Source: the human T2T-CHM13v2.0 reference genome, Homo sapiens. Taken from it: a stretch of DNA of 64,000 nucleotides. This document shows positions 17,832-33,200 of this stretch, piece after piece. The notes under the pieces were generated by a model. It worked only from the letters and a program-made list of their open reading frames with translations, was not told the origin of the DNA and did no database searches. Both the position numbers and the translations under genes were made by a program. Where the stretch lies: assembly GCF_009914755.1 (NCBI RefSeq), contig NC_060942.1. One strand, 5' to 3'. Each line of letters starts with the position of its first letter. Positions within the stretch are counted from its first letter, which is position 1.

Positions 17832-20034
17832 TGCCTTTTCAAGGTTATTACCACACTAGTTCACACTGAAGGTAAAAGCAATAATTAGAATCTCTTATTA
17901 ACAACACATTTTGACTTCAAGTTCAGACAAAGCTGTTGGTTACAAGTTCTGCTAAACTTTTTGTCAAATTTAAGAAGTCTATAGGACAACACAAAATCAT
18001 CCCTGGTAATGTATTTGCAGTTTGGTCTTCAAAAGCTGTAAAGAGTAACAGAGAAATAAAAAAAATGCTGAGTTAAAACCATTAAAAATATTTATTAATA
18101 ATTGTTTTTAAATGCCACTTATTTGAGACAGCAGAAACCAAAGCGTTTTCCTTAGAATTCTCACTTAGCTTGTATTTCACAAAAGTGCTTTAGAACTCAA
18201 ATTTCTACCACCTGTATGGAGTGTAAAGACAAAAGGAAGCCCAACAAAACCAAAGGCCCAATGGTGTCTATTCCCAGGGCCAAGGTATAACCCCAGGCTA
18301 ACCCACCTGCCCTGGGCTGAGTAGCTGGACACGCCTGTGAGTGCTCAAAGTCACACACATGAATGAGGGTGTCAGGCACCAAGGTGCCTTTATTTATTCG
18401 TTTCTCAAACTCAATTCCCTTCAAATCCTGACTCTATTTAATAGGCCAAAGGATGCTACTCATATTTATTTGGTGCCAAATTATTTTTTTTTTAATCCTT
18501 ACATCTGCACCTTGAAAGTAAACTGCAATATCCAGCACAACATTGTCAGACAGAGCTGCTATATGGCTATTTAGCTTTATTACCGTCTGGCTAATGCTTA
18601 ATAAGTTTCATCCTTTACAGCTGGAAGAAGGATGTTCACTGTATTTAACCAGCCATAGTGCATTTAGAGGTAAACAGCTTTTATGGACTATTTGCCCAGA
18701 AACTTTCAGTAAACTACCAAGTTGAGGCCTGTATTTTGGTCAGTATGTGCACATATTCACATGCAATTACCCAGAAAGAAGAAAAACTGGTTAACAAGAA
18801 ACCTACCATCATGTCAGATGCTGGAAATCAATCTTTAGCTACATGATATTTACAGAAAGGGTTTTAAGATTCACAATCCACTTTTTCAGTCTGTCTCTTA
18901 TATTTCATTAGTCAATTGGAAGTGGCATGAGTTTCATCTGGAAAAAATATTTTCACATTTTCTAATACCTTTGACAAAGAAGTTTTCGTCTGTTAAGGGA
19001 TGAGAATGCTATTTGGCTATTACCTACTTTTAGAGTTCAAACTAACCCTTCAAATGCCTTTATTTAGATCATACGCTCTCAAACTATCTTATTGTTTTAC
19101 TGACACAATGGTAAAACTGGGTTCCCAAAATGTCAAAACCCTAATGGAGTCTCTATTTCCAAGAGTAAAATAAAAGACAGCGAATACTATGGGGTGAAAA
19201 CTATCCTGAGCCTTTCCCGCCCCCCGCCCCACTCTGTAATATTTAGAAACTAGGGGGAAAAAAGTGGGATTGCATTAATAGACTTACAAAACAAAATGTT
19301 ATGGAAGTGTTTATTTTTTAAAAGGAGAGTTTTAAGAGAACAGGATGCTTGAATATGACCAACTCCTACTCCACGGGAAAAATAACCACAGACCTTTGCT
19401 GAGATGGCATCAATAAGTCAAAGAAACCAAGCTAAACAGAATTTGATCTATACACAATATGAAAACTTCTTAACAGGATGGAACACCTATAACAAAATTT
19501 AAGTCCCTTCATCTTTCAGCAATGAAATAAGTGAAATTAACATAAGAATATTTTGGAAGGGTTGAGGGTCACAGTCAGAATCAAACAGAAAACTTTCAAA
19601 CCTAGAAAGCAAAACGGGAACTTTCATAGCTCCTTGATCTACCATATCTAAATAGAAATAGTATAATGACTATCCAATAGGTGATTAGTTTCAAAACTAA
19701 TACAAGCAATGTATCATGAAAAGCCTCTACATAACAAGCTGTTTTTCTTCTCTGTTCTGCCCCTTTGTCATATGCTTGAGCTTAATGAAGACTATCCTCT
19801 GCAGCTGCTCCTGAGGGCACAGAAGAAAGCAATGGAGTAACAAAGGAAGCCTGAGGAGCCCCTGGCCCCTGAGGACCTTCTCTCTGGCCGGTCATAGCAA
19901 CTTATGTTTTAATGCAGGAGATTTCAAGACTGGTTTGAGAAAAAGAATCTTATCTTGGGGATTAGGTTCCCTGTCAAAGGCCATCAGATGGACAGCTATT
20001 TACCAGGCAATTAGCCTAAAGCTCTTAGGTAATG

Positions 20035-20115
20035 ATAAAAAAAAAAAAAAAGAAAGAAAGAAAAAGAAAACAAAACAAAAAAAACCCTTACATTTTCCTA
20101 TTGGAACCTTTTATT
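20035..20115 (-). terminator. Proximal polyadenylation site: AATAAA plus U/GU-rich downstream element
   Basis: tttatt at 20110-20115 (AATAAA on minus), followed ~25 nt downstream on minus by gggttttttttgttttgttttctttt... Confidence 0.65.
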
Positions 20116-20276
20116 CTGTTTTGTTGATGCTTAAGGAAAACAGCTTTGCCCGTAACTCACTGTGGCCTGGAGTTATGACACGAACTTGTATTTGGCCAAT
20201 TAAGAAAGAGGCCAAACTGCATTCTTCTTAGAAGGTCTATTCAGTTGATAAATGGCACTTAACTGATGGTTTTTTT

Positions 20277-21200
20277 TCATATAAATTTTAACAAGAACTC
20301 ATAAGTTGCATTGATTATGCCCCAAGAGATGAGGGACCGATGGTAATTCAGATGGGCACCTCTGAAAAGATTTATCAGTTTTCTGTCCCGTTCCAGCCAG
20401 ATTTTTTGGAAAACCTTGGGGAAAGACTGAAATTCCCCACCAATCTGAGACTGTATGCGAGTTTTTACAACATTAATTGGAAAACACAAGAATCCCAACA
20501 TGGCACCCAATAGACCTCCACCGATAAAATCATTGACCAAATGAGCACTGTGAGTCGTTGCGGTAGGCAGATGCTCCTTAATGGGACCTCGAAGGCCGAA
20601 AAACAAGACATTGCTGAGTCCATTCCGGAAAAGAATGGGCACCAAGCCTCGATAATACTCTCCAATTCCATGACATTTCAGTGCCTTGAAAGCCTGATAA
20701 GTGTTGGTAAATTTGTCATGATGCTTGTGGTTTTGAAGCAATGTCTGAACTCTTTCCAGTGGAGTGAAAATTGCTTCTGCTGTCCCTGCAAGCACTGCCG
20801 CCACGCCATGGGTTGCAAACTCTGGAGCACGGACATGCTTCCGGAGAAGGCAGGATAAATCCTCATACAGACCAAACATAAGTGCAAGCGTAGTTGTCTT
20901 CTGCATCAATGGGGGAAGGATTCCACGATACAAATTTCGAAATCCATCCCTTCTCAACTGAAGTACTGCATCCCGGGTTTTGATGCCATACAGCTGTTGC
21001 CGAAAGAGGACCTTCTGAATGGGATATGTGATTGCGACGTTGTTGAAGGCTGCACAGCAGCCACACAAGTAATGCTTCATTTCACCAACATTTGTAATAT
21101 GAGGTGATATATCTTGTTTTGAAGATGTAAGTATTGGTGGCCTCTTTTCATGAGCTTCTGAATCTATCATGTTGCTTAAGATCTTTCTCATGAAGGGCAT
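20277..21200 (-). CDS. SLC25A52: Mitochondrial NAD+ carrier SLC25A52 (MCART2), intronless retrogene of SLC25A51; 307 aa from first ATG, or 297 aa from the ATG at 21170 (MIDSEAHEK...)
   Basis: Uninterrupted ORF with three SLC25 repeats ([30 protein letters not shown]; LYRG/YYRG/LFRG motifs). Near-identical to SLC25A51 as I recall it but starts MID and ends LLKFI. Lies inside a TSD-bounded processed insert. Confidence 0.96.
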   Translation of the reverse strand: MPFMRKILSNMIDSEAHEKRPPILTSSKQDISPHITNVGEMKHYLCGCCAAFNNVAITYPIQKVLFRQQLYGIKTRDAVLQLRRDGFRNLYRGILPPLMQKTTTLALMFGLYEDLSCLLRKHVRAPEFATHGVAAVLAGTAEAIFTPLERVQTLLQNHKHHDKFTNTYQAFKALKCHGIGEYYRGLVPILFRNGLSNVLFFGLRGPIKEHLPTATTHSAHLVNDFIGGGLLGAMLGFLCFPINVVKTRIQSQIGGEFQSFPKVFQKIWLERDRKLINLFRGAHLNYHRSLISWGIINATYEFLLKFI

Positions 21201-21203
21201 TTT

Positions 21204-21278
21204 TTAACCTGTGACATCATCTGAGCCTGGAGTTTGGCAGGATGATAGCTTTGTGATAATGTTCCCAATTTCTTCCAT
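21204..21278 (-). CDS. Candidate uORF MEEIGNIITKLSSCQTPGSDDVTG (24 aa) in the SLC25A52 5'UTR
   Basis: ATG at 21278 in strong context (ACAATGG). TAA at 21206-21204, then AAA, then the main ATG in the same frame. Translation not demonstrated. Confidence 0.5.
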   Translation of the reverse strand: MEEIGNIITKLSSCQTPGSDDVTG

Positions 21279-21280
21279 TG

Positions 21281-21364
21281 TTATTGTTCTGTTAGGTTCT
21301 CTCTTCCCGAGTCCATTTTGATAACTGGATTTCCGTTCTCCAGGCGTCCATTTCCCCAACCCAT
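21281..21364 (-). CDS. Candidate uORF MGWGNGRLENGNPVIKMDSGRENLTEQ (27 aa)
   Basis: ATG at 21364 in GCGATGG context; stop ends 2 nt before the next uORF ATG. Translation not demonstrated. Confidence 0.35.
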   Translation of the reverse strand: MGWGNGRLENGNPVIKMDSGRENLTEQ

Positions 21365-21475
21365 CGCCGCCGGCGCCCCGCAGGACTGCGAGCAAGCCGG
21401 GACCTGCGCAGGCGCAGACCATGACCGACCCCGGGGCGGGGGCGCAGCGTGACGCTCTGGGCGCCGCTGGGATCC
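21338..21475 (-). promoter_or_regulatory. Small CpG-rich segment (parent first-exon derived) with a GC box
   Basis: Dense CpG with GGGGCGGGG at ~21433-21441; ends abruptly at the TSD and is flanked by AT-rich DNA. Confidence 0.65.
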
Positions 21476-21841
21476 GAGAAGAAACCCTTTTAAAGCAAGC
21501 ATGGCAATTTCTTCTAAATAAGCTGGATAAAATTAAAAACTCATTCATCCAAAGATCCTAAAAAATCAACAAATTCCTAAATATTAAATGGTATAGACAC
21601 AAGTGTTTCTTAAATCACATAACCTTCTCCACGGACACTGTGAAGATGTGTTGCCAGTGGCTTCCCTAAGAGACTGTGAAACTTTTTAAATAGTGTATAC
21701 ATACAAGAAAAGTGGATTTTAGTGTAATCTTGCAGAAGAACAAAACAAACATGGTATCTAAGAGTACAAAGGCACAAAAGTTGAAATTTCATAGTCACTC
21801 AGGCCTTGGAGTACTGTATTTTCTTGAAAGGGAAAAAAGTA

Positions 21842-21992
21842 GGCCAGGTGCAGTGGTTCACACCTGTAATCCCAGCACCTTGGGAGGCCAAAACGGGAGG
21901 ATCGCTTGAGGCTAGGAATTTGAGACCAGCCTGGGCAACATAGCAAGACCCCTGTCTCTACCCAAAAAAAGAAAAAAGAAAAGAAAGAAAAA
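21842..21992 (+). mobile_element. FLAM / Alu left monomer upstream of the retrogene
   Basis: Single arm with A-rich tail; TSD gaaaaaagtag. Confidence 0.85.
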
Positions 21993-23300
21993 AGTAGGTG
22001 GTAAGGAGAAGTAAGGAGAAGATGAATTTTTTTTTTTAAAAAAGTTCTGTATACCACATGAAATTTTACTGGGAGGAAAGTGTCTGAGGTTTTAAGAGGC
22101 ATAAATTAAATAACCTTGAAACCCATTTTGCTCTAGGACTACCCATGTGTTTTCTAGAGTAACCAATGTGTATATTCCATGTATGTGAATGAGAGATGAA
22201 AGGAAACAAAAATAACTTCCCTTCCAGGAACAGTGGAAGGCTTCAGCCAACAAAGTAGGTCACAGCATCAGACTATATTGCCTGCTGATGTGTACTGCCT
22301 AGTTTTTGAATAGAATCAAATGACAGCTTCCTTGAGATTAAATGACAGTTTCCCTGACCATCATCTTAAAGCACGCCTATGGTGGATCGCTCTAGAATGA
22401 ACCATAAACCCGAAGTTCTCTTTAAGCTTTAGTGAAACGAAATAGTAAAAGCTTTTCACGGAAAGAGAAGGGAGTCTCCAACATTTATACTGATTGATTT
22501 TGGCAGCAATGACTTTCATTAGAAATGTAATTGCTGGGTATGCAAAAATTAGCACTGTTGGGGCTAGAGAGATCTTTGTTTTCCTTTCTTTTGTTTTGTT
22601 TTGCTTTTTTGCCTAATATTGATAGTGTTTTCTCGGTTTTGCCATAGCCCTTCTGTCAAGATGCTGGCAATCAGTATATCATGAAAAACAGACTGCCCTT
22701 TCTCGCATTTATTGAAGAGAGATTCTCATGATCCTATGGTAAGATAACAATTGCTTTTTTTCAATCCATCCTCCACACTGCAGCCAAAGCAGTCATCTTA
22801 GTAACAAACGTGAGCACGTTTTCCCTCACTTAAATCTTTAAATGATTTTACACCTGAAGGACAAAGGTCCCCCATGGTCTGACGTTTTCCTACCCTTGGC
22901 GCCATCTGCCTTCACATTTCTAAAGGCACCTTCCGTCCCCGCCATATCAAACTACTCGGGGTCTCCAGAATGAAGAATAATGTGCCATCTGACACTCCTT
23001 TGTCTTTATTCGGTTATTGCCTCTGCCTGAAATGTCCTTACTTCTAGTTCCTACTCAGCTTCTGGAAGCCTTCGCTAACTCCTTAGTCCAAATGAGGACC
23101 CCTTCTCCACAACACACCCTATACACACTGTGAGTGTGGCACGTGTCACACTGTACAATGTCCACGATTCACAATGCTGAGGGCTTCTTGAAGACACAGT
23201 CCACTTCTCATTGAACTTTATTCCAGTTTGTGTCCCCAGTGTCCAGGCATCTGGTTAGGTCTCCAACTGCTTAAGAGTGTAAAGAGTGTTGATGAGTTCT

Positions 23301-24055
23301 GTATTACTCATGGGTCTTGGTTATAAGAGCCAAAAATACCATTCCAACTGAAGCAAGCAAATCTAGGGGGTAAGGAAAGGAGAAGGAAGAAGGAAGAGGA
23401 GAAGGAGGTAAGAAATCAGGAAAGGATTTAAAAAGGTGGCATCTGGGCAACATTTAAGGCAATTTTCCAGCTTCTCTCATTTGCACCAGTAGGAGTGGGC
23501 CATGTGGCCACAGAGGAGAACATTTCCGAATACCCTTCTGGATCCTGCTGATTTTGGGGGGTACTTACCTCCTTCTGTCCTCAGCACCCAAGTGCCAGAT
23601 GAGGCAAGTGAATTCCTTTGCAAGAGAGGAAAGAAAGGCAGTTTCAGTGAGAAAATAACAATAAAAAGTGAAGTGGGGGGAGAAATGTATTAGTTCGTGT
23701 AATGAAAAAGTTGAGAAATCCAGAAGTAGCAATCACTTTAGGCATTGCTGGATCCTAGAGGTTCAACCACCATCACAAGTACTTAACATCCCTCTCCACG
23801 TATATATTGCCCAGCTATACATTCCTCAGTTTTAACTTCATTTTCAGTCAGCTCTTTCTACAGAGTAACATCCTACCTGAAGCTTATTCTGCTAATTTAG
23901 CAACTGAAGGATGAAGTGCTTCACTTTCCCAACAGTTCCTGCAAAACAACCCTAGGATTGAGTCTCATTGCAGTTAGTTGGTCTGAACCAATCACTGGGA
24001 TCAGGGGGATGGAAAATGATACTAATCAAACCTGAGTCACTTGCCTCATCCTGCA
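23301..24055. mobile_element. Old MLT1-type LTR interrupted at about 23365-23685
   Basis: tgtattactcatggg...caactgaagcaagcaaa then tattagttcgtgtaatgaaaa...tgaaccaatcactg...cctgagtcacttgcc. Confidence 0.55.
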
Positions 24056-24236
24056 CTTGTCAGGTAAATGGGGCAGAAGGAGGTAAACCTCCCATCCCGC
24101 CCACCACCCAAACCACTGGGACCTAGAAAGGTATTAGGAGGTGTTCCCCTCTGAAGCCACACAGCCCACTGCCATTGGTGCAGATGAGAGGAGCTGGAAA
24201 ATTGCTTTGGAAGTTGAGCCATTGCCACCTTTTTTT
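23430..24236. repeat. Imperfect inverted repeat, arms 23430-23612 and 24037-24236
   Basis: gcaattttccagcttctctcatttgcacca vs reverse complement of tggtgcagatgagaggagctggaaaattgc, colinear across both arms. Confidence 0.88.
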
Positions 24237-24295
24237 GGTCCAAGCTTGCAGTTTCTTGGGCAATGTAACTATACAGTTTGAAATCAGGCAACTCA

Positions 24296-24597
<302 letters not shown>

Positions 24598-24969
24598 TAG
24601 GCAACTCTACTGACCGATGGCCCAAGTCAAATATGTTTGGTCACAGTCCTAGATTCCAGACCCTTTATTGCGGGATTTTTGTCTCAGCACAGGCCCTAAT
24701 GCTCTGCTATCCCACCTAGTCCTCAACCTAGTGTTGTCCATGCTGGCTGCCCCAGGGCAGAACCAGCACCCTCAAAGCACAGATAACTTGGCCCTTGCCC
24801 CTTGGTTATGTCTGATGGGTGACTCTTTACAATGGAGACCATTGTCACCCTTCTCAGGCTGCTAAATGTCTGCAAGATGTTTGGGAGAAGCCTAAAAGAA
24901 CAGGAATGAAGCTTCTCTCTGACTCCTATCTTATCTTCTGATATGTTTTCCACACCCTAGGCTTTGTGA

Positions 24970-25365
<396 letters not shown>

Positions 25366-25758
25366 TGATGGCTGTAGGAAGAAAGGGCCTCCTGTAGCAA
25401 AGCTGTCTTTTCTTCCCTTGCTGCTTTCAGATTGCCCATTTCTAACAAAACTTGTTTTTCTGGTAGGACCTAACCGAAGGCTACAAAATAAATTCATCTT
25501 ATTCCATCAGCCTGACATTTTTCTACCATCTCTCTTTAACTTTCAACTTCAGTAGGCTCATGGTCAGAGCACCAAGAGAAAATAGAATAGTTTCACCACT
25601 GCCTTGCTATTACTGCACAACAAAATTGCCAGCTTCCTGCCCAAAATCGAGAGGTCCTCACTGCCCCTATCCCATCTTGACTGAGCCACGTCTCTATTTG
25701 ACAATCTGCAACATGTACTCTCTCACCTCCAGATACGAATTTAGAAAGTGTTCAGAGT

Positions 25759-26150
25759 CTTGTATTAATTTGTTCAGGCTGTCATAACAAAGTACCATAG
25801 ACTGGGTGGCTTAAACAAAAGAGACTGATTTCCTCACAATTCTGGAGGCTGGAAGTCCAAGACAACCGTGTTGGCAGGGTGGGTTTCTCCCAGGGCCTCA
25901 CTCCTTTGCTTGCAGATGGCCACCTCATTGCTTCATCCTCACATGGCCAACTCCCATTCTGTGTGTGTCGGTGTCCTAATCTCCTTTTATAAGGACACCA
26001 GTTATAGTGGATTAGGGCCTACCCTGATGAGCTCGTTTTAACTTTATCTCTTTAAAGATCCTATGGAAATACAGTCGCATTTTGAGCTACTGTAGTAGGT
26101 ACTGTTAAGACTTCAACATATGAATTAAGGAGACACAGTTCAGCCCCTAG
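25759..26150 (-). mobile_element. MLT1B/C-like LTR
   Basis: tgtattaatttg...cataacaaagtaccatagactgggtggcttaaac...gacttcaacatatgaatt. Confidence 0.82.
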
Positions 26151-26589
26151 GAAGTCTTTCAGTGACAAAAATGCCACTCAAACTGGCTTGAGCAAAAAGA
26201 AGGAATGCGTTGTCTCCCATAACTGAAAAGTCAGTAGGGATTGGGCTAGGCTGCATGCAGGGTCATATAACGTCAGCACGAGCCATTTGTCTCTTTTGAT
26301 TATATTTTTGCGGATTGGCTCTTTCTGTGGTACAGTGATGGTTGGAAACAGCTCCATGTGTACAAACTGTTAGTTGGGCAATGTTATTTGATATAGATTC
26401 ACTTTACATATAGTTCCAGAAAAGGCTTAGGGTGAAAACTCATTGACCTAACTGGAGTCACATGTCCAACAATGAACCAGTCCATATGGCCAGAGGAATG
26501 AAATATATCAATTGCCCATACCTGAATATCAAGCCCACATCTAAAGAAAAAGCATCAGCCCATCCAAGCTAAGTGAGCTCAGACAAAAG

Positions 26590-27103
<514 letters not shown>

Positions 27104-27991
27104 TACTTTCACTTTTTCTTGACCACAAGTCAAAAGTCATTTTATCCCAAAATGCCCTTAATCAGAAAAAAAACAACAACAACTTTGGAGCCTTCTTGAT
27201 ATTCCTAACAGGAGAAGAAAAAGCAAGGAAAGGAAGAAAAAATATATCCATTAGAATGTTTTTGACAGCAAGTAATAGAATACCTGCGAAAGTGGTATAA
27301 CAATAAAAATATTGGTGTCTCACTCACCAAGAAGTCAAGAGGAGGGCTACCCCAGAGGTCACACAGTCTTAGCAATGTCAGAGCTCTGACTCCACATCCC
27401 TGCCATTTCTTGGGCCTTCCCCCATGCAACGTGACAGCTGCAGAAAATCAAGTATAATGTCCTCTGATGACACTGTTCAAACTTGAAAGGAAAATAGATT
27501 TCTCTTTGTAACATGTTCTTCTTTTAGATGAGAGGAAGACATTTCTAGAAGACCTCCTCTTACATTTTCTCTGTTGCATGCCCACCCCTAGATCAGTCAC
27601 TGGCAAGGAGAATAGAATTACCACATTAGCTGAGACCAGCCAGGGCATATGGCACTCCAGACAAAATTGGTGTCCTGTTAAGAGGAAACAGGAGTGGCAG
27701 ATGAGGAGGTAACTGATGGTGTCCGCTAATGACACAGAATAAGAAAAGAAAGGAATGGAGAGATAAATCAAAAGAACCAAGAAAAACAGTGATATACAAA
27801 GGAAGCAGGTGGATGAGACCACATGTGCTGCGGAGGAAGCATAGCATCCTCTCCCTCAGACACTCTTCCTTATCCTCTGTCATCCATCAATTTCTCAGTA
27901 GCATTGGGGGCATTTATGATTCACACCAAAGGCAGCACAGCACAGTGATACAGATAAAGCCCTGGATTAGCATACTAGCTGTCTATTGCTA

Positions 27992-28565
27992 TGCTGGGGC
28001 TCAGAAAATAGTACCCCAAAATAAAGGACTTAGATGCAACCTCAGAAGCAAAAATTTTTCTTTGTTCTTCTCCTCCCCTCCTGTCTCTCAGTCCCATCCT
28101 CTCCCGAGGCTAGCCATAGAAACTAGAATTCCTCTTCCCCAAGGTGGGTAATAGAAACCAGAGCCCCTTTTGGTCAAAGTCAGCCATAAAGCCTGAAAAT
28201 ATCACTCTAACTTTCCCTCCATCTTTCCATGTAAAAACTGGTCCTAGGGAAATTACCTGACCTAAGTTTTTTGACTGTAGGTCCTTAAGATCTCCATTCC
28301 AGAGAGGGCCCTGCCCCACACCCAGGAGGAAGGAATGCTGCTCAGAGAGGCCAAGAAGAATCTAGACGGGCAGGCCTTGTGGGCTTTCCCCACTCAGTCT
28401 ATTAACCTTAGATCAAACCCTTTGTGTCCAATCATATTCCCATATGGATGTCTACATTTTGTTGAACCTAAGCATAAAAATGGACAATGTCTCCTGTACC
28501 TTTGGGTCTTCATTCTGAAGGCTCATGTATACACATGTTAAAGAAAGATGTATGCTTTTTCTCTG
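27992..28565 (+). mobile_element. MER39-like ERV1 LTR
   Basis: tgctggggctcagaaaa..accccaaaat; ctagccatagaaactagaat. Confidence 0.75.
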
Positions 28566-29317
28566 ACTTAGCCAGCAAGTCAGAGGTGGCTTTTGGCAGA
28601 AGGCCTTAGTTCTTCCCCACAGGGCCTCTTCAAGGGGCTGCTTAGGTTGTCTTGCAGGCTGCTGGCTGACTTCCTCAGACTGAGCGATACAAGAGTGAAG
28701 GTAGGAGTGACAATGTCTTTTATGACTTTGCCTTGGAAATCATCCATGTACATTTCCACCACATTTCATTTGTTAGAAGCAAGTAAATAAATCCAGCTCA
28801 TATTCAAGGAAAGAGGAAAAGCCTATTGAGGAGAGGATTTTTAACACATGTCGATAAATTGGTGGACATATGTTAAAACCACCACAAGAAGCTCCCATTT
28901 CAAGCTATCATAGGTTGACTTCCTTCAGGTTTGGAAGGACTCAGCTTTAACCTGACTACATCCAGTCTGAGTCTCCTGGTGTGGTCCCTTTCTGCAATAG
29001 TTACATTGTTTCTGAATTGCTTATTCCTGCCTACCACCTTGTCTTTGCTTGAACAGCACAGGGCTGCATTTGACCCTCTTTTGAGGATCCCTTTCTTCCT
29101 GTGTAGTTGCTAGTTTATCTATTCATTTATTTCTTTGTTACTTTGCTTTCCCCTTTTTCCTTCCTTCTTCCTTCCTTCCTTTCTTCATCAATTATCTATA
29201 CACAGGTACTGTGAAGAGTAAAAACATACATAAGACATGCTTAAAAGGTATTCTGAGTTAGAGATTTTCATTCATAATGTAATTCCACTCATCAGCCAAG
29301 CAAATTCACCAAATATC

Positions 29318-29420
29318 TGAATCTAGTAAACATAGATTCGGATTTCAAGATATTTGTATTATAGTGAATCTAGTAAACATAGATTCGGATTTCAAGATAT
29401 TTGTGTTATAGTAAATCTAG
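29318..29420. repeat. 47-bp tandem duplication (2.2 copies) of a hairpin unit
   Basis: tgaatctagtaaacatagattcggatttcaagatatttgt(a/g)ttatag at 29318-29364 and 29365-29411. Confidence 0.93.
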
Positions 29421-29649
29421 GCATTGATAGCATCAAACATATTCTTCCAGAGTGAAAAGTCCTAACAAATTAAGCTGTTTGGCTAGTAATGAATACAGAC
29501 AAAGAGAAGAAAGGGGAAGGGGGAAACTGAGTTGAGGGATTTTGTGAGGTGCTGCTAGGGAGTTTAAGAAATTATTGGAAATCAGAAGGGGACAAATTTT
29601 GGAAAAAAAGTGGAGAAAGATTCTCTGATTAAAAGAATGTTCTAAGACA

Positions 29650-32560
<2,911 letters not shown>

Positions 32561-32664
32561 CAAAATCATACACAAAGAGAAAATTTGGATAACCATCTAT
32601 CCACTGTAAACCAGACACTGCTTTGAATTTGTAGATGTAGAAAAGGGCTCACAAGGCCATCTAG

Positions 32665-33200
32665 TCCAATGTTGCTCAAACTTCAGCCTGCATATTAATA
32701 GCTTGTGGTGCTTGTTTAAAATGCAGATCCCAACTACTCAGCCATAAAAAGAAATGAAATAATGGCATTTGCAGCAACCTGGATGGAGTTGGAGACCATT
32801 ATTCTAAGTTCTCACTTATAAGTGGAAGCTAAGCTATGAGGGTACAGAGGCATAAGAATGACACAATGGGCTTCGGGGACTCCGGGGGAAGGCTGGGAAG
32901 GGGGTGACAGATAAAAGATTACACAGCGGGTGCAGTGTACACTGCTTGGGTGATGGGTGCACCAAAATCTCAGAGATCACCACTAAAAAACTTATCCATG
33001 TAATGAAACATCACCTGTTCCCTGCAAAACTATTGAAATAATAATAAGTAACTAATTTAATTTAATAAAAATAAAATGGAGATTCCACATCCTGCTTTCC
33101 AAATTGATTCAGTTGGTCTGGGGTGAGACCAGAGAATATGCTTTTTCACAAGTCTCCCCTTATGACTGACAGAAGATGCAGTAAGTCAGAAAGTTAGTGG
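32665..33200. mobile_element. MER5-like element interrupted by a short L1 3' end (about 32733-33070, plus)
   Basis: TSD-like aaaatgcagatccca / aaaatggagattcca around an L1 3' UTR fragment. Confidence 0.7.

Noticed and set aside
20035-20085. A-tract as the retrogene poly(A) tail
   Set aside because: Wrong strand (U-rich in the mRNA) and no TSD; the real tail and TSD are at 16527-16578.
20465-21066. Alternative-frame and antisense ORFs over SLC25A52
   Set aside because: Short shadow ORFs of a coding region with no independent support.
21204-21548. 114-aa ORF as a separate gene
   Set aside because: Its first ATG lies outside the TSD in AT-rich flank; only the part inside the retrocopy is plausible as a uORF.
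29318-29420. CRISPR-like palindromic repeat
   Set aside because: Only two adjacent copies, no unique spacers, no cas genes, primate DNA.
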